Assembly: GCF_009914755.1 (NCBI RefSeq)
Contig: NC_060933.1
Length of the DNA stretch: 64,000 nt
Source: the human T2T-CHM13v2.0 reference genome, Homo sapiens
Reading direction: 5' to 3' (one strand)
Below are positions 25,571 through 40,164 of this stretch, piece after piece; positions within the stretch are counted from its first letter, which is position 1; every line of letters starts with the position of its first letter. The position numbers were made by a program, and so were the translations under genes. A model generated the notes under the pieces. The model saw only the letters and a program-made list of their open reading frames with translations. It did not search any database and was not told the origin of the DNA.

Positions 25571-27454
25571 TTTCCCCACCACCTTCACAGAGGGGCAGGG
25601 AAGGAGCCTGTGGAGAGAGCGGCGTGGCCCCATGGGGAGGGAATGGGAGGAGGAGGCACCGTGCACCCTGGGGAGGCTGCCCTGCCCGGTGCCCCGGACC
25701 CTCAGCCCCAGTCCCCAAGGGGAGAGAAGGGCAGCCTAGCAGAGAGTGAGAGTGGGTAAAGAAAGATCCTCAGGCTTCTGACACTGGAAACCCCCTCTTC
25801 CTGGCAGCCCTTGGAAGCGCAGCTCAGTCTTCACTGTGAGTTGACAGACTCAGCTGGTTTTGTTTACTCAGCGAGCTTGAGAGCATGCCGAGGTGGCGTC
25901 CCCGTCTGCAGAGCCGCCTTCGCCTGCAAATATCACCCCCTTTCTGCTACCTGCCAGCCAGGGCTGTGGGTGGGGTGGACCCAGTAGGGACAAGCCCCAC
26001 CCTGCCACCCACTCACCCACCGGCCTGCCCTTGCCTTTCTTCCTCTGCCAGGCTCTTTCTGGGCAGCCCCAGGTTTGGCCCTCCTTCCCGGCATTGTCAG
26101 AGAAGCTTCCAACACCTCAAAATCCACCCTAGGGGGACCCTCTCCATTTTCTTTAACATGGAACCAAAACTCTCCTGGTTTCTATGTGTGCAGAAACGTT
26201 TGGTAAACAGAATGCTTAAGCCGTGACTTGCTGGAAGGGGCAAATCCCAGCTGACACCCCAGACACTCGGCCTATTTTGGGCCTGGTCTCTGTGGTCAGA
26301 GTGTTTATCTTTGGGCCCCCAGCACCCACTGTGGGTGTCAGATGCTCCTTTCCTGACTGAGTGTTGGCCCTGCCTGGTCCCCTGCCCCTGCCTCCTAGGC
26401 TGCTCCGGATAATGCCCAGTATCCCCTTAGTAAATGCTCTTGTCCTCGCTCCCCCCCCCCGTGAATGCTGTGATTCAGCACACACAGAGAGGAGCTTCAC
26501 GTAAGAAAGAAAATATTCACGGCCGCCATCCAGCTGCAGCAGGCGCCGGGAGACAGCTGCCGGCTCCTGCCTGGCCACGATGGGATGGCTGCCCACCCTC
26601 CACACACAGGGGGGGTCTCTCCTCCTTTGTTTTTTTAAAGACCCACAGTCTCTTTTGGTTGCTACACTAAATGCAATTTAAATCTGTATTCCGAACACCT
26701 CTGATAAGCAGCAGATAAATAGAATCCTGGAATTTGGAGGACATCACCCATTCCACAAAATACATGTTACAGGCCTGCTGTGTGCCTGGCACTGTGCTAG
26801 GTTCCTCTGCAGAGCTGGGAGCAGCCTGGAGGACACTGAGCCAGTGGCTTGGATCCTTTCCCCACCTAAGACCCCTTTCATTACCTCTTCTTAGCTCTGG
26901 GTTTTGAAAAAATCTATCAGTAATAATAGCAGCCATGCTACTGTGAAGTTGAGTATGATGTGAAGCTCTTTGTTAATTCATTTCTTCCTGTCCATCATGC
27001 CTCACCATAGGTATGATGATTCTAATCTCCACTATACAGATGAGGAAACCGAGCCCTAGAAAAGAGAAAAATCTTGCCAGGGTTACAGAGCAAGGTCTTG
27101 CTCCCTAAACTGACTCAGATCTTCATTTTGTTTTTGTTGTTGTTGTTGTTTTTTACTGTTGCAATGTATACAGTCTCTGTGAAACATGCTGCTTATATTA
27201 AATAAAAATAAATGTCTTACCCCTTTATTTTTAAAAACTCATAGCTCACTGTTCAGAGCTTCTGAACAGCTGAGAGTAATCATTATAATGTCTGTCAGAG
27301 TAAAACCAAAGTAATGGTTCCCTGCCCAACACCCATGCTCAATTCCTTCTCCACCCCCTCTCCGGCCCAGTGAGTCCAAGATGGGCACTGTGGGGAAGAG
27401 AGAGGGTCCTAGACTTGCAGCAAGTGTAGTGCTGAGAGGAGACAGCACTCATCT

Positions 27455-27515
27455 CTGCTGCCTGGGACACTTGAATGTGCCTGGGACAGACTGCTGCCTG
27501 GGACACTTGAATGTG
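27455..27515. repeat. Local tandem duplication (25-bp unit x2, period 36, plus a partial third copy)
   Basis: ctgctgcctgggacacttgaatgtg occurs at 27455-27479 and 27491-27515, with tgcctgggaca at 27478-27488. Confidence 0.95.
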
Positions 27516-29689
27516 ATGAGCTATAGACCTTCGGCCCACCAAGGAGCATGGAAGAAGAGGGGCTGTGTCCTTTCAGTCCTCTCTCCCTCTTTGGGGAGGG
27601 AGATTGACACGTAGCCCCTGGAGTTTGGGTCACATTGAACATAGAAACTGGTGGCTGTTTCTAGTATAGAGATGTCTGAAAGCAGAAACTCATGGGGTCA
27701 CAAGGCCTTGGAAGGACTTGAGTATCTGGGAAGAAGTGGGCTCCACCCTCTCATTCCTGTCTCTGTGGCCCTTGCAAGATGGGCCCACATGGAGCCAAGA
27801 AGTTACTGTGGTTCATGTGAAGGGGCACAGAGGCTGGAGAGGGGCTGGAGCTATGGCTAGCCAGGTGGCTGCTGTACCAAGCAAGGGACAACCAGCCCAG
27901 AGCAGGGGCCAGGGACATGTGCCCCTGTGGCAGGGAAAGATTTGAGTGCCCTTTGGCAATGGAGGAGCCAGGGCAAAGCCAAAGACAACCTTAGGAGACC
28001 CATATCACCACCTCTGTGGGGACCGGCTTGACAGGAGCCACCTACTTCTGAGGGAACCAGACTAGGGGCCCTCCCCACCACTGATGGACAACCCCTGTGG
28101 GAGCAGATCTTGCTTGAGAGGGTGGGTCCCAAGCCAGGCTCTGCTAGAGTCTGTGAAGGGGGTAGGGGAGGAAGTTTACAAAGACAAAGGCAAGGGGACT
28201 TGGTAAAGAGCAGAACTCTATCCTACCTCCTCCCAGCTCCCAGAGCCGTAAATAACTGTGGGGAAGGGGCATGCAAGGAGAACAAAGATGAACTTTGAAT
28301 TGCATTTGAGTCAAGTTTTCAAATAAAGAGAACCAAGTGTTAAATCCTGAAATGAGACTATTCTAATAATGGAAAGTGACTGCAAAGTTACAGAATCTGG
28401 CCCAGATTTCATTTAGGGACTTGCTGCCCAAAATTGGAAAGGGGAGGCAACATAGCATAGTCGGGGAGTGGGTGTTGGAGAGAACGAAAGCATTTTGTGT
28501 TTATACCCCTGGTGGATCCAGATTCCTCAATAAAGTAGTAACGACTTCAGCCATCCAGTGACCCCAGGTTGTGAGTCTGTGGTCTGGCCACCTGAACCTC
28601 CACAAATGCCCGAAGGCCCAGGGTTACCCAAGGAGTCTCTGCACACTCTCTGAGAGAAGTGGCAGGAAGGGGCAGAAGCACCCCCTGAGCTCCAGCTGGC
28701 TGCAGCCCAAAGGGGAACCCAAATGCATTAGACCTGCCGGCACTGCCAGCCAGGGAGGGGGAGGCCTGTGGCAGCAGAGATGATTTGGTGAAGTGAGAGA
28801 GTGGGAAAGAAGAAAGCAGGAGCTGAGCCAGAGAGCCTTTTGAGCATTGTGGAGCACCCACCCTCTTCCCGGGACCCTGCTGGGGGCTCCCAGAGGCTTC
28901 CTCCTCCACCACTCACTCGCTGCAGAAGTGGAGTTTGCATGCCAGCTCCCTGCATGGGACTGTGTGCCTTGGGAGAGCTCTTCAGCCTCTCTGAGCCTCC
29001 CTGTCCAGGTCTATGGAACAGCAATTAAAACAGTCTGCTCCTAGGGTTGTCATCAGGATACAGTGAGCAGAAGCACGTGGAGTCCTGAGCTCAGCCCTGG
29101 CCCCCCCAGAGGCATTCCACACTTGCAAGCTCTCCCCACCATCACCTCACCTTCATCATCTCCTCATTGTGATCACGCAGGACCTGGTGCATACCTGGTT
29201 TTCTGGGTGGGATGCCTTTGTCTTAGTGATTAAGGGTCAGGGACTAGATTCAGGTCTGCCTCACTCCAAACCCAAGCTCTTTTCTGCCTCTGACCGCATG
29301 GAGTCAGTGGGTGCTAACACTGCTCTAGATTCTCATCACCCCAGGCTCTGTTCTTGTCAGCAGGGACTCAAGACATGGGAACCGGTAGACTCAAGTGTAG
29401 AGACAACCTCACTGGTGGCTAGGAACAGATGGCCACAGGAATGACCCATGTCAGAGATTTTAACCTCAGCCTTGGGAGAGGGGTATATTTTTAACTACCC
29501 CACAATTAATAGGAATTGAGTTTGACAAAAAGCTGAAAGTATACATGGGTAACTGAGATAATGGCCTGTTTGACAAGGTTGCCTAAGGGGATGGCTGTTC
29601 TTTTTGCCCATCTGCCACCTGATTGTAGAGAAGGGCATGCAACCCAGCTACCCCAGCCACGGCCTCAGACTAGTGCCCCACCCGGGCCA

Positions 29690-30112
29690 CAGTGTATCCT
29701 GTCCCTCCACCCTCCAGACTAGTGGCCCACTCTAGGCCAGTTGGAGTCCTTGTCTGGATTGTTTGGTTTTTCTGAAGCCAGGGGAGAGAGAATCTCCTTT
29801 CCTTGATTGTAGAACTGTCAGGATGACACCACAGCTGCCTGTAGCTGACCTGAGCCACATGGAGAGGCTGAGTGACTGGGGGGAAGTCACTCCCTGAGAG
29901 GGGCAGCAATGAAGAGTGGTGAGAGCAAGATTTGCAGGCAGCAGGCCGCCAGCTCTACCCCCAACTCCACCCTGCCAGTGGGGCTGTCCTGGGACACAGC
30001 TGCAGCCTTTGGTCCCATGAGCCATTTCAGGATTCTTGCCGTCCTTTTCCCTTTTGAAGCTGGTTCCAGTTGAGTTTCTATCACTGGAAACCAAAAGATT
30101 CTGACTTATACA
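29690..30112 (+). mobile_element. Old MLT1-family LTR fragment
   Basis: Ends in gttgagtttctatcactggaaaccaaaagattctgacttataca, typical of MLT1J/K-type 3' termini. Confidence 0.55.
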
Positions 30113-33100
30113 TCTTTTTCCCCCTTCTTTCATTTAAGAAGTATTACTGAGGTGGGGCAGAGCCTGTGCTGGGCACTGGGGAGATACATGGCGTGAGCAG
30201 ATCAGGTGTGGGCTCTGACCCTGCTGGACCTGCAGCCTGGTGGGGGCATGTGTTGAGCAAGCAGCGTGTAGAGGCTAAGGGGTTAGATGGATATGGCCAT
30301 TTGACCTTGAACAAGTTGTTTGATATCTCTGAGCCCAGGTCCCTCATCTGTAAATGGGGTCCAGGGAGATAATACATGTTGAGCTCACACGTAGCCCTCA
30401 GAGAATGGAAGCCACTAATATCAGTATGATTAGAGTCCTTCAAGTATAAAGTGGCTGATTATCACAAAGGAGCAGCCAAGGACCTATGAGAACCTCAAAT
30501 GGGAGAGCTAACCATGTCAGAAGGCAGGAGGGCTCGGCTCTGCAGGGATGCTGTAGGCCACGGCCGAAGAATGAGGAGGCCTCCCCGGGTAGCGAACATG
30601 TGTTCATTTCCACAGACTTAATGCTCTGTGTGGTATAGCATTCCAATCTCTGGAATCAAAATGTTCTCGAATGTTAGAGCTGTAAGTTCCAACCCCATCG
30701 TTTATCAGTGAGGAAACTAAGCCACAGAGAAAGGCAGCAATTTGTCCGTGGCTGCATTGTCAGTAAGGAAGAGCTGGGAAGAGAGGCCAGAATGCCAGGT
30801 CCTGCTCAGCCTGGTAAGTGCTTATTGAGCACTGTGGCCATCAAGCCACCAGTGAGAATGAGGAGTGCTCCAGGGTTCCCAGAGTTTGGATGACAGAGGG
30901 CAAATGGGCTTCACTAACCACAGTGACAGTGCAAGAGGCAGAACCCTGAACCATCCTGGGCACACACTACTCCAGGGAATAGGTGTTGGGCAAGCTCACA
31001 ATTGCTGCACATACTCTATAGAAGAAACTCCTGGAAAGAAAAGGCTCTCGGTGCCAGTCATCAGCCCTGCAGAGCCACAGAATCCTGTGGAGGTCAGCCA
31101 CGGAAGGACAGAGAGTCTAGGTCCACATCTCCACACACCCTGGGTAGTTGTGTGACCTCAGGTGTCCCCGAGTCTCAGTGCCCACATCTAGGAAGTGCCT
31201 GCCTCAGAGAGCTGCGTGAGGACTCCATGGAGCTCGTTAATGCAGGAAAAGCCTGATGTGACATCCATTAGGAGCTCAGCTCATGGTAGCCATTCTCACT
31301 AGTTTATTATTAATACACTAGGGTTACCGTTACTGGGGGATAGGTAGCTCTCTAATTGGCAGTAATTTTTAGTTCACACTGAATCAGAATTCTTCACATT
31401 CCTGTTCTGGTCCTGTCAGAGATGGGGATTCCTGGTTTGAGATTTACCTGATTCTTCTATCTCTCCCTGTAATTTGCTGCCCTGTAATTTGGCCCCTGCA
31501 CCTCAGCTCTGTCCTTAGAAGGGATGGAAGATGATCCTGGAAGCCAGGGACAGACCTCAGGGCCAACAGTGTGTTGTCTGGGCTCGCCCTGCCTCAGAGG
31601 AAGGTTTGGCCAGAAGGTGGGTCACGTAGTCCTGTGCTGACACACGGCAGACCTAGTGAGGTATGAGTTGACAAGTCACCCATGTTCCCATCTCCAGAAG
31701 CTGCTGACCTGCCATTCCTGGGTCACTCTGACTAGTGAGGCTTCAGGAAGTTGTGAGTGCCAGGTCCGAGGCAGACTCCCCAGGTCAGGCCACCCCATCT
31801 TCTCCTCTTCAGGAATGGGGCCTCTTGTTCTGCAGTGGCACAAACATTCATGAACCCAACCCACCTTGTGCCCAGCTGTGCCAGCTGAGATGCCCAGACA
31901 AACAGGACCAGTAGTGGAAGCTTGTCAGGAGATGGTGCCCAATGACTAGTGGCATGACCCAGCGCTTGGAGCGTCTGCCTTGGGCTCTGTGCATAGCAGC
32001 TGGGGTGGGGGTGTCAGCATCAAGGGCAAGGGGAGGAGAAGCAGAACCCTCCTTTGCAGGGCCCTGGGCCAGTGGAGGTCCACCTCTGACAAGACAGGCC
32101 TGGGCCCTCATCCCAGTCACCACCAGTCAGGCGTGTGGTGTGGGTGGTCTCCCTGTGCCTCGGCCTCCATGTAGGTAGAACAGCTGCTGAGAGGAGTCAG
32201 TGAGGTAACACAGTGTTTTCCCAGACCTCAGGCATCTGTGACCACCTTTGCCATTTCTATTAACTTTCTTGCTCAGTTTTTCTCTTGAAGTCTATTTTAT
32301 TCATAGTCTGAGTTCAGGGGTTTGATGTGCCGTAGTTTTTCTAATGCTTGTTAAGAATAGATACAAATCCCTATTCCCGTGCCACCCGCCCATGCCAGCC
32401 GCCATCCGCTCATGGCATGTGTCCACCCTTTGGGAAACGCAGAGATGACATGTGTTGATGGCTTGTCCCAATGCTTGGCATCCAGGGAGTTCTCAACACT
32501 GGTCAGCTTTTGTATATTATTATTATTGTTGTCACCCTTATCACAGCAGTGAGACTGTGGGAGGAAAGAAAAAGGGAGCTTTGGCTGTCTTGTTAGGGCC
32601 AACTCCTCTTCTTTACCAAGGAAGCCAGTCCTTTTCCTTTTACCACTTTTCCTCCTGCCTTGAGAGTTGACTTTGGGGCACCCTGGAAGGCAGTGCAACA
32701 GGTCAGTCTCTGGCTGACGGATCAGATGGACGTGCTGTGGCTGCCCATTCCCAGACCCCAGAGCCGTCCGGGCACTTGTGTAAAATGATAGCTCTGATTA
32801 TTTGCAGTCAAGAAAGTCCTGAACGGGATGTACCCAGGGGCCAACAGCCCCTGTCTACCCCTTAGATCGTCATGAAAGGCCTCTGGGGGCACCCAGCACT
32901 TGAGACAGTGCCTTGGTGCCCACCTGGGCTGGAATCCTTTCCACTTCCACTGAAGGATGAATCCCCTGGGGTCTTCCACCAACAGAACATTCCACCAGGA
33001 CCACCTGGCAGCATGTGATTAGCTTGTACAGGTGTGTATGTTTATGTGGAGGACACACCTAAATCCTAAGAGCAGTTACTTCACAGTGATGGGATTATAG

Positions 33101-36100
33101 GCAGTTATACTTCTCATTATACCTTTCTATATTCTCTAGAATGACCATAAATGCCCTTTTAATTGAAAAAAAAAGTTTTAACCTCCCCCCAAAAAAATCT
33201 GGTAGAGACATTTAAGATACACAGAACAGCATGGGGCAGCCATGGAGTCCACGCTGGAAGAGACTTGGGCGAGGGTGGAACATGGAGGTGATGGACAGCC
33301 TGGCTGTGCTGCAGAGGCAGGCCCTGGAGAGATGGAAGGGTGGAAACTCTGGCAGATCAATAAGGGGGCAGGGGCAGGCAGCTAAGGTCATTCATTTAGG
33401 AGTCAAGGTGCCTACAGGGCTGAATAGCAGGGAGTTGGGGGTAGGCAGCTGCTGGGAAAGACCAGGCACCAAAGGGAGTAGGAGAGGACCCAGGTGGGTG
33501 ACGTGGAGAGGGCTGTCCAGGGAGTGGAGGGATGGCCTTTCTGCAGCGGTGGAGATTTCCTCCAGCAGCGCTGGGCAGCTGGTGCAGCATCTGGGAGACT
33601 CCTTCTGAGACCGATGCAAAGATAGGGCTTTGCTGGGTAGTGCCAGGGAATGCCAGGGGTTGTGGGTGTTCGTGAGATTGGGATTCAGGTGGTCAGCCGT
33701 ACAGTAAGGTGTAAACTCTGACTGAAAAAGAGGGAAGAAGTAAATTCAAGTTTGAGATTTTTGTGCCAAACTGAAATTCCTGCCTACTTAACTTTCAAAT
33801 ATTTTAAGTTTTAAATGTCCTCCAGCCAACAGTAACGCAAAGCTGCCTCCCTCCCTAGCCATCTCGCTTTCCTTGCTCAGAAGCACCCTTGGGGGTTTCC
33901 AGCTCAGGCACAGTCCATGCCAACCAACAGCCTGACTGCTGCCAGAGAACCACGTGTGATCTCAGGCCAGTGGGTCCCAGACTTTGGATTTCATGGGCAA
34001 GGGAAGCTTCAAAATGAAACTTCAGAGACTCTCACAGGGTTGCCAATATTTTTTTAATGGCAAAAAAAAAAAAAAAAAAAAAAAGAAAGAAAGAAACTGT
34101 CCTTATCATTTCCTGGAGAAAGAAACATTTTAACACCTACAGTGTAAGCAGGGCATAATCTCAGAATAAAGAATATTTTTTCCCAAGTAAGGACAACTGG
34201 CAGGCTTTTGCTCATACATTTTGAAAGTATTTTTTTAAGTATTTTTCATTTTAAATATTTTAAATATAGAAAATTGAAATGTAAATTTTTATTGCATGTT
34301 TTACTTTATATGTAAATGAATCATTGATATGAGTTTGTCATTTGGGGTTATGTATTCAATAAATTATTCAATAATAGTATGTTTTCAATAATCATGTTAT
34401 TGAATATGTAACCCCATTCCACTATAGTACTTGGTGTTTTCCACATTCCTTTGTAAAAATCCAGCCTTGCGTAGGTCTGTTGATAATGACAGGAGCAACG
34501 TTCTAAATGGTAGTTGCTTCATTTGGAACATTCTGGGAGAAAATACAAGTGGCAGGCTAGCAAAGGCTGTGGGCACTCCTGCCCTGCGGTCTGAGCCCTA
34601 GATGCCTCGTCACATCATAGAGAGCAGGAGATGCCTCTAAGAGGGCATTAGGGGATCCGTCCTTACAGACCAGCCTCATATTGCAGATGTATGGGAAGCC
34701 CTGGTCTCAGGTTGCAACAGTAGGAGTAGAGTGTCTAAGAAAAGGGAGGTGATCATCCACTGTGCAGTGTGTTCATTGGTGAGTGCCACACTATGCTGCG
34801 AGTGGTCTGTGAGATGGGTCAAACTGCAGACAGCCTAGAATGCCAGGCTAAGTGATCCCACCTAATTGTTTGGATGAAGAGGACTCTGGAGGCAGTTGGA
34901 GGGGTGGGCATGATGGGCGCATCTGGAGGGAAGCAGAAGTCAGGGTGGCTAGCAGAGAAGCACCATGGAGTGTCCAAACAGGTCAGATTGAGTTAGCAGG
35001 TCCAGGACTCCCTCCGCAGGAGGGCCTCCAAGCTCAGTTCTCTTGGGTTGCAAATAAGACCCTGGAATCACAGCAGGACCACAAACATTTTACTTGCTGC
35101 TGGCTCAGAGCACACAATGATCAGCCAATTAAATAACTGAGAAGAGGGTTGTGTAGTTAATTGCCTGGCATTTTGAGAGGAAACCACTGTTCTTTGAGCT
35201 TGTTGACTCTTTATTTATATTTACATTATACACAAATGTATACAAATTATATACATTTGTGTGTGTATGTATGTATGTGGTTATGTTGCTACTCTGATAA
35301 TAATTAAATCTGGACGGTAAATAGCAATTATTAGAAGAAAGTTATATCTTAATGATTAATCAGGTAGTATGTGGAAACTACCTCAACAATGATTAATCTT
35401 TTTTGAAATGTACAAACTGTATAACAATGCTGTAAAATTTTTTAAAGCACTTAAAATTCCACTATTCCAGTACTTTGTGGTTCTGTATTTTTTGTTAAGT
35501 AGTTATTTTAATTTCCTTAGCTATTTCCCTATTGTTTGACATTAGAATGTTTCCAAGTTTTTGTTTGTTTTCTTTTAACCACCGTAGATTTCCCTGCAAT
35601 AAATACCCTGGTGTGTACAATGTTTTCCCTTCTTTTAGAATTATTTCCTCAGAATAAGTTCCTGGGAGTGCAACTGCTGAGTCAAAGGATACCAATATTA
35701 TTCTGGCTTTGGAATCCCTGATGCTTTCCCAAAGGGTTGAACCAGCTCACCCTGCTCCAGCAGTGTATGGGTTTCCCGATTTCACCACAACCCTGCTAGC
35801 TTTCACACTGGTCTTATTTTAAATTAAATGATAACTGGATTTTAGATGGAGGCTTTTATTTATTAATTTACACCTCTCAGTTCTCTCCATTGCTCTGCCC
35901 AGAGCTCCTATACTTTTTCTCCATAGCCCCGTGCTGTGGTTTGATTGACATCTGCCTACCCTCCAGACATGAAGCCCTAATGAAAGAATGATGATAGGGC
36001 CTAGACATTCCTCCCTGTTTATGTGGAAACTACCTCAACAGATTTTAAGAAAGGGCAGTTGAGAGATGTTTAAACTATAAATAGACTTGGTGACACCTCT

Positions 36101-36921
36101 TATTTGGTCAAGGTGGTCCCAGTAATGAATGCAGACTCTGTGCTTCTGGGAGTATGTTTATGTCTCACTTGAATTCTAGAAGACATCAGAGTTAACGTTA
36201 AGTCATGATGTATAATTTAAGACAGAGATGAAAGAGTTCCCACTGAAAACAACCCTTCTTTCTAGGTGCTCCGTAATTACCAAGACAGAGGTCTCCATAT
36301 AGGGGCAGGAGTCCTCGTTGGAGAATGTCTGAAGAAAGCTGAAGGCAAGCCCCTTTGCTCTGCCCTTGCCCTCCCCTTCCGGGCACCTGGGGAGTTGGCC
36401 ACAAGCACAGCAGAGGATGGATTAGGCTGTGGGAAGGGGGCAGCCTGAGTGAGACTAGCCCCCAGATCCCCTCTTTGAGCCTCTGCTCTGAAGTCATCTC
36501 CGTTGTTGGTGCTGAAGCCTGGAACCCTCAGCCTTGTTCCTTCCCTGCCACCTCCTTTTCTCCTCTCCACCCCATGTTCTGAAAGCTTAGCCCTGAGGCC
36601 TGAAAATGGAGCTGCTTCCCTGGCTCAGATCCTTGGCTGTCCCCCTCTAACAGTGCTTTTGACCCATCAGGTGACCGCTGGATCCCCACCCAGCATTAGC
36701 TCCTGGACCCGTAGTACCCCAGCGGTGGCCCTCATGGACGATTCGTGCAGGAACACATGAAATCTGAGTTTCCCAGAGTGTGGGCATGCACTACTTTGGG
36801 TCCTCATGATTTTAGATGGCCTGGTAGATAACCTTACTTTGATAGCTAAGTATTTATCTTAATGTGATTAACACATCAAACTTACGATTTCACTCAAAAA
36901 TTTAAGTAAAAAATCATGTAG

Positions 36922-37458
36922 TGTGACCCAGCAATTGTACTCAGGGTATATACCCAAAAGTAAAAACACATGTTCAAACAAAAACTTGTACATGAATGTT
37001 CATAACAGCACTATTCACAATAGCCAAAGCATGGAAACAACTGAAATGTCCACCAAAGGATGAATAGATAAACAAAAAGTAGTATATGCATACAGTGGAA
37101 TACCATTCAGCCATAAAGGCAGTGAAGTACCGATCCATGCTACAACACTGATGAACCTTGAAAACGCTAAGTGAAAGAAGCCAGACACAAAAGGTCTCAT
37201 ATTATATGATTCCATTTATATGAAATGTCCAGAATCAGTAAGTCCATAGAGCCAGAAAGTACATTAGTGGTAGCCTAGGCTGGAAAGCGGGGAATGGGGA
37301 GTGATTGCTTAATGGGTGTAGCATTCCATTTTGAGGTGAAGAAAATGTTCCAGAACAAAATAGTGATGATAGTTACACAACAGCATGAATATAATAAATG
37401 TCACTAATGGTAAATTTTATGGTGGGTGTATTTGGCCACAATAAAAAATAATAATAAT
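36922..37458 (+). mobile_element. L1MB-type LINE 3' end
   Basis: gacccagcaatt...acaaaaacttgtacatgaatgttcataacagcactattcacaatagcc...gatgaaccttgaaaac...gtgaaagaagccagacacaaaagg...aataaaaaataataataat. Confidence 0.85.
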
Positions 37459-38511
37459 ATAGGTACTATGTTGGCAAAAATCATGAAGGTGATATGTGAG
37501 TAAGGCAAAAATAGCCTTACAGTATATAAAGTGAGATAAGAAATAGAGCTGCTGGGCCCTGACACTCCAGCTGGGTTGTATTTCATTGTTGAAATCCACT
37601 TTGCTGGAGGGAGGACCAGCTTGACTTTCAGTGTCTACAAGAGGACAGCTGCTCCATGTCTGGCACTGAGTTAAGCACTTCGTCGGTATTATCTCACTGT
37701 GGCCTCACAGTGGCCCTCCGAGGGAGGTGCTCTTATTCTCCCTGTTTTTTAGAGGAGAAACTCCAGGCCACAGCGCTGGTCAGTGGCAGAGCCAGGTGGG
37801 CACACCTACCCTCCAGGCCCTGTGACGACCTGCATCTTTTCACCCAGGGTTCCTCTGAGGTATCCTGGTTGGGCTGTCACCTACTGGTGATATCTGCTAC
37901 CCTTATGTTTTCAAAAAATGGGGCAGTTACTTCCCTAAACTCATTTGTTGACTATTGGAGGACCTAGAATTCTTCCTCATGATGCCTTCTTTCCCAGGGT
38001 TAAGTAACTCCAAGGCACCAAGCCCTCCATCTTTCTGACTCAGGCCGGGGAGGGCTGCATGGAGGCACAGCAAGCCTTTTGCTCCGACTCTGCCTTTACT
38101 CTGAGCAGCTCTTAGACTAGAGGTAGAGCCCCAGAAGATGTGGAGCTCTCTGCAGATGCTTTTGAACTCTGATACTATTCTAGGCAAAATAATTCCTATT
38201 CAATGAGATTTGAGGCCTAGCCCTGCCACTTACCAGGTCTGTGGCTTGAGACAAGCTTCCCAACCTCTCTGACCTTTCGTTTCCTCATCTAGAAAATATA
38301 AATAATGGCATTTACATAAATGGAAGACTGGATGTACTCTTTGTTGTTCATATTATTCCATTTTAATTAAGTAATTATTCATGCAGTTATTTGTTTACCG
38401 TCTGGCAGCTCTGCTAGGCAGTAAGCCACACAAAAGCAGGAATCGTATTGGTTTTGTTTCCTGCAGTATCTGCGGCATGGAGAACACGGTGGATTCTCGA
38501 TACGTTATCTG

Positions 38512-40164
<1,653 letters not shown>

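Noticed and set aside
27455-27515. Repeat-spacer-repeat pattern resembling a CRISPR array
   Set aside because: Only two units with an 11-nt spacer derived from the repeat, in a primate genome with no cas genes.
34062-34096. Long poly(A)/GAAA run as a possible processed-pseudogene tail
   Set aside because: No upstream mRNA-like body or convincing TSD. Treated as a simple repeat.
34440-34830. Possible L3/CR1 LINE remnant
   Set aside because: The resemblance is too weak to call without a profile search.
35377-36037. Two ACTACCTCA let-7 seed-match sites
   Set aside because: They are intronic, and their duplication is explained by the templated insertion. No 3'UTR context is visible.
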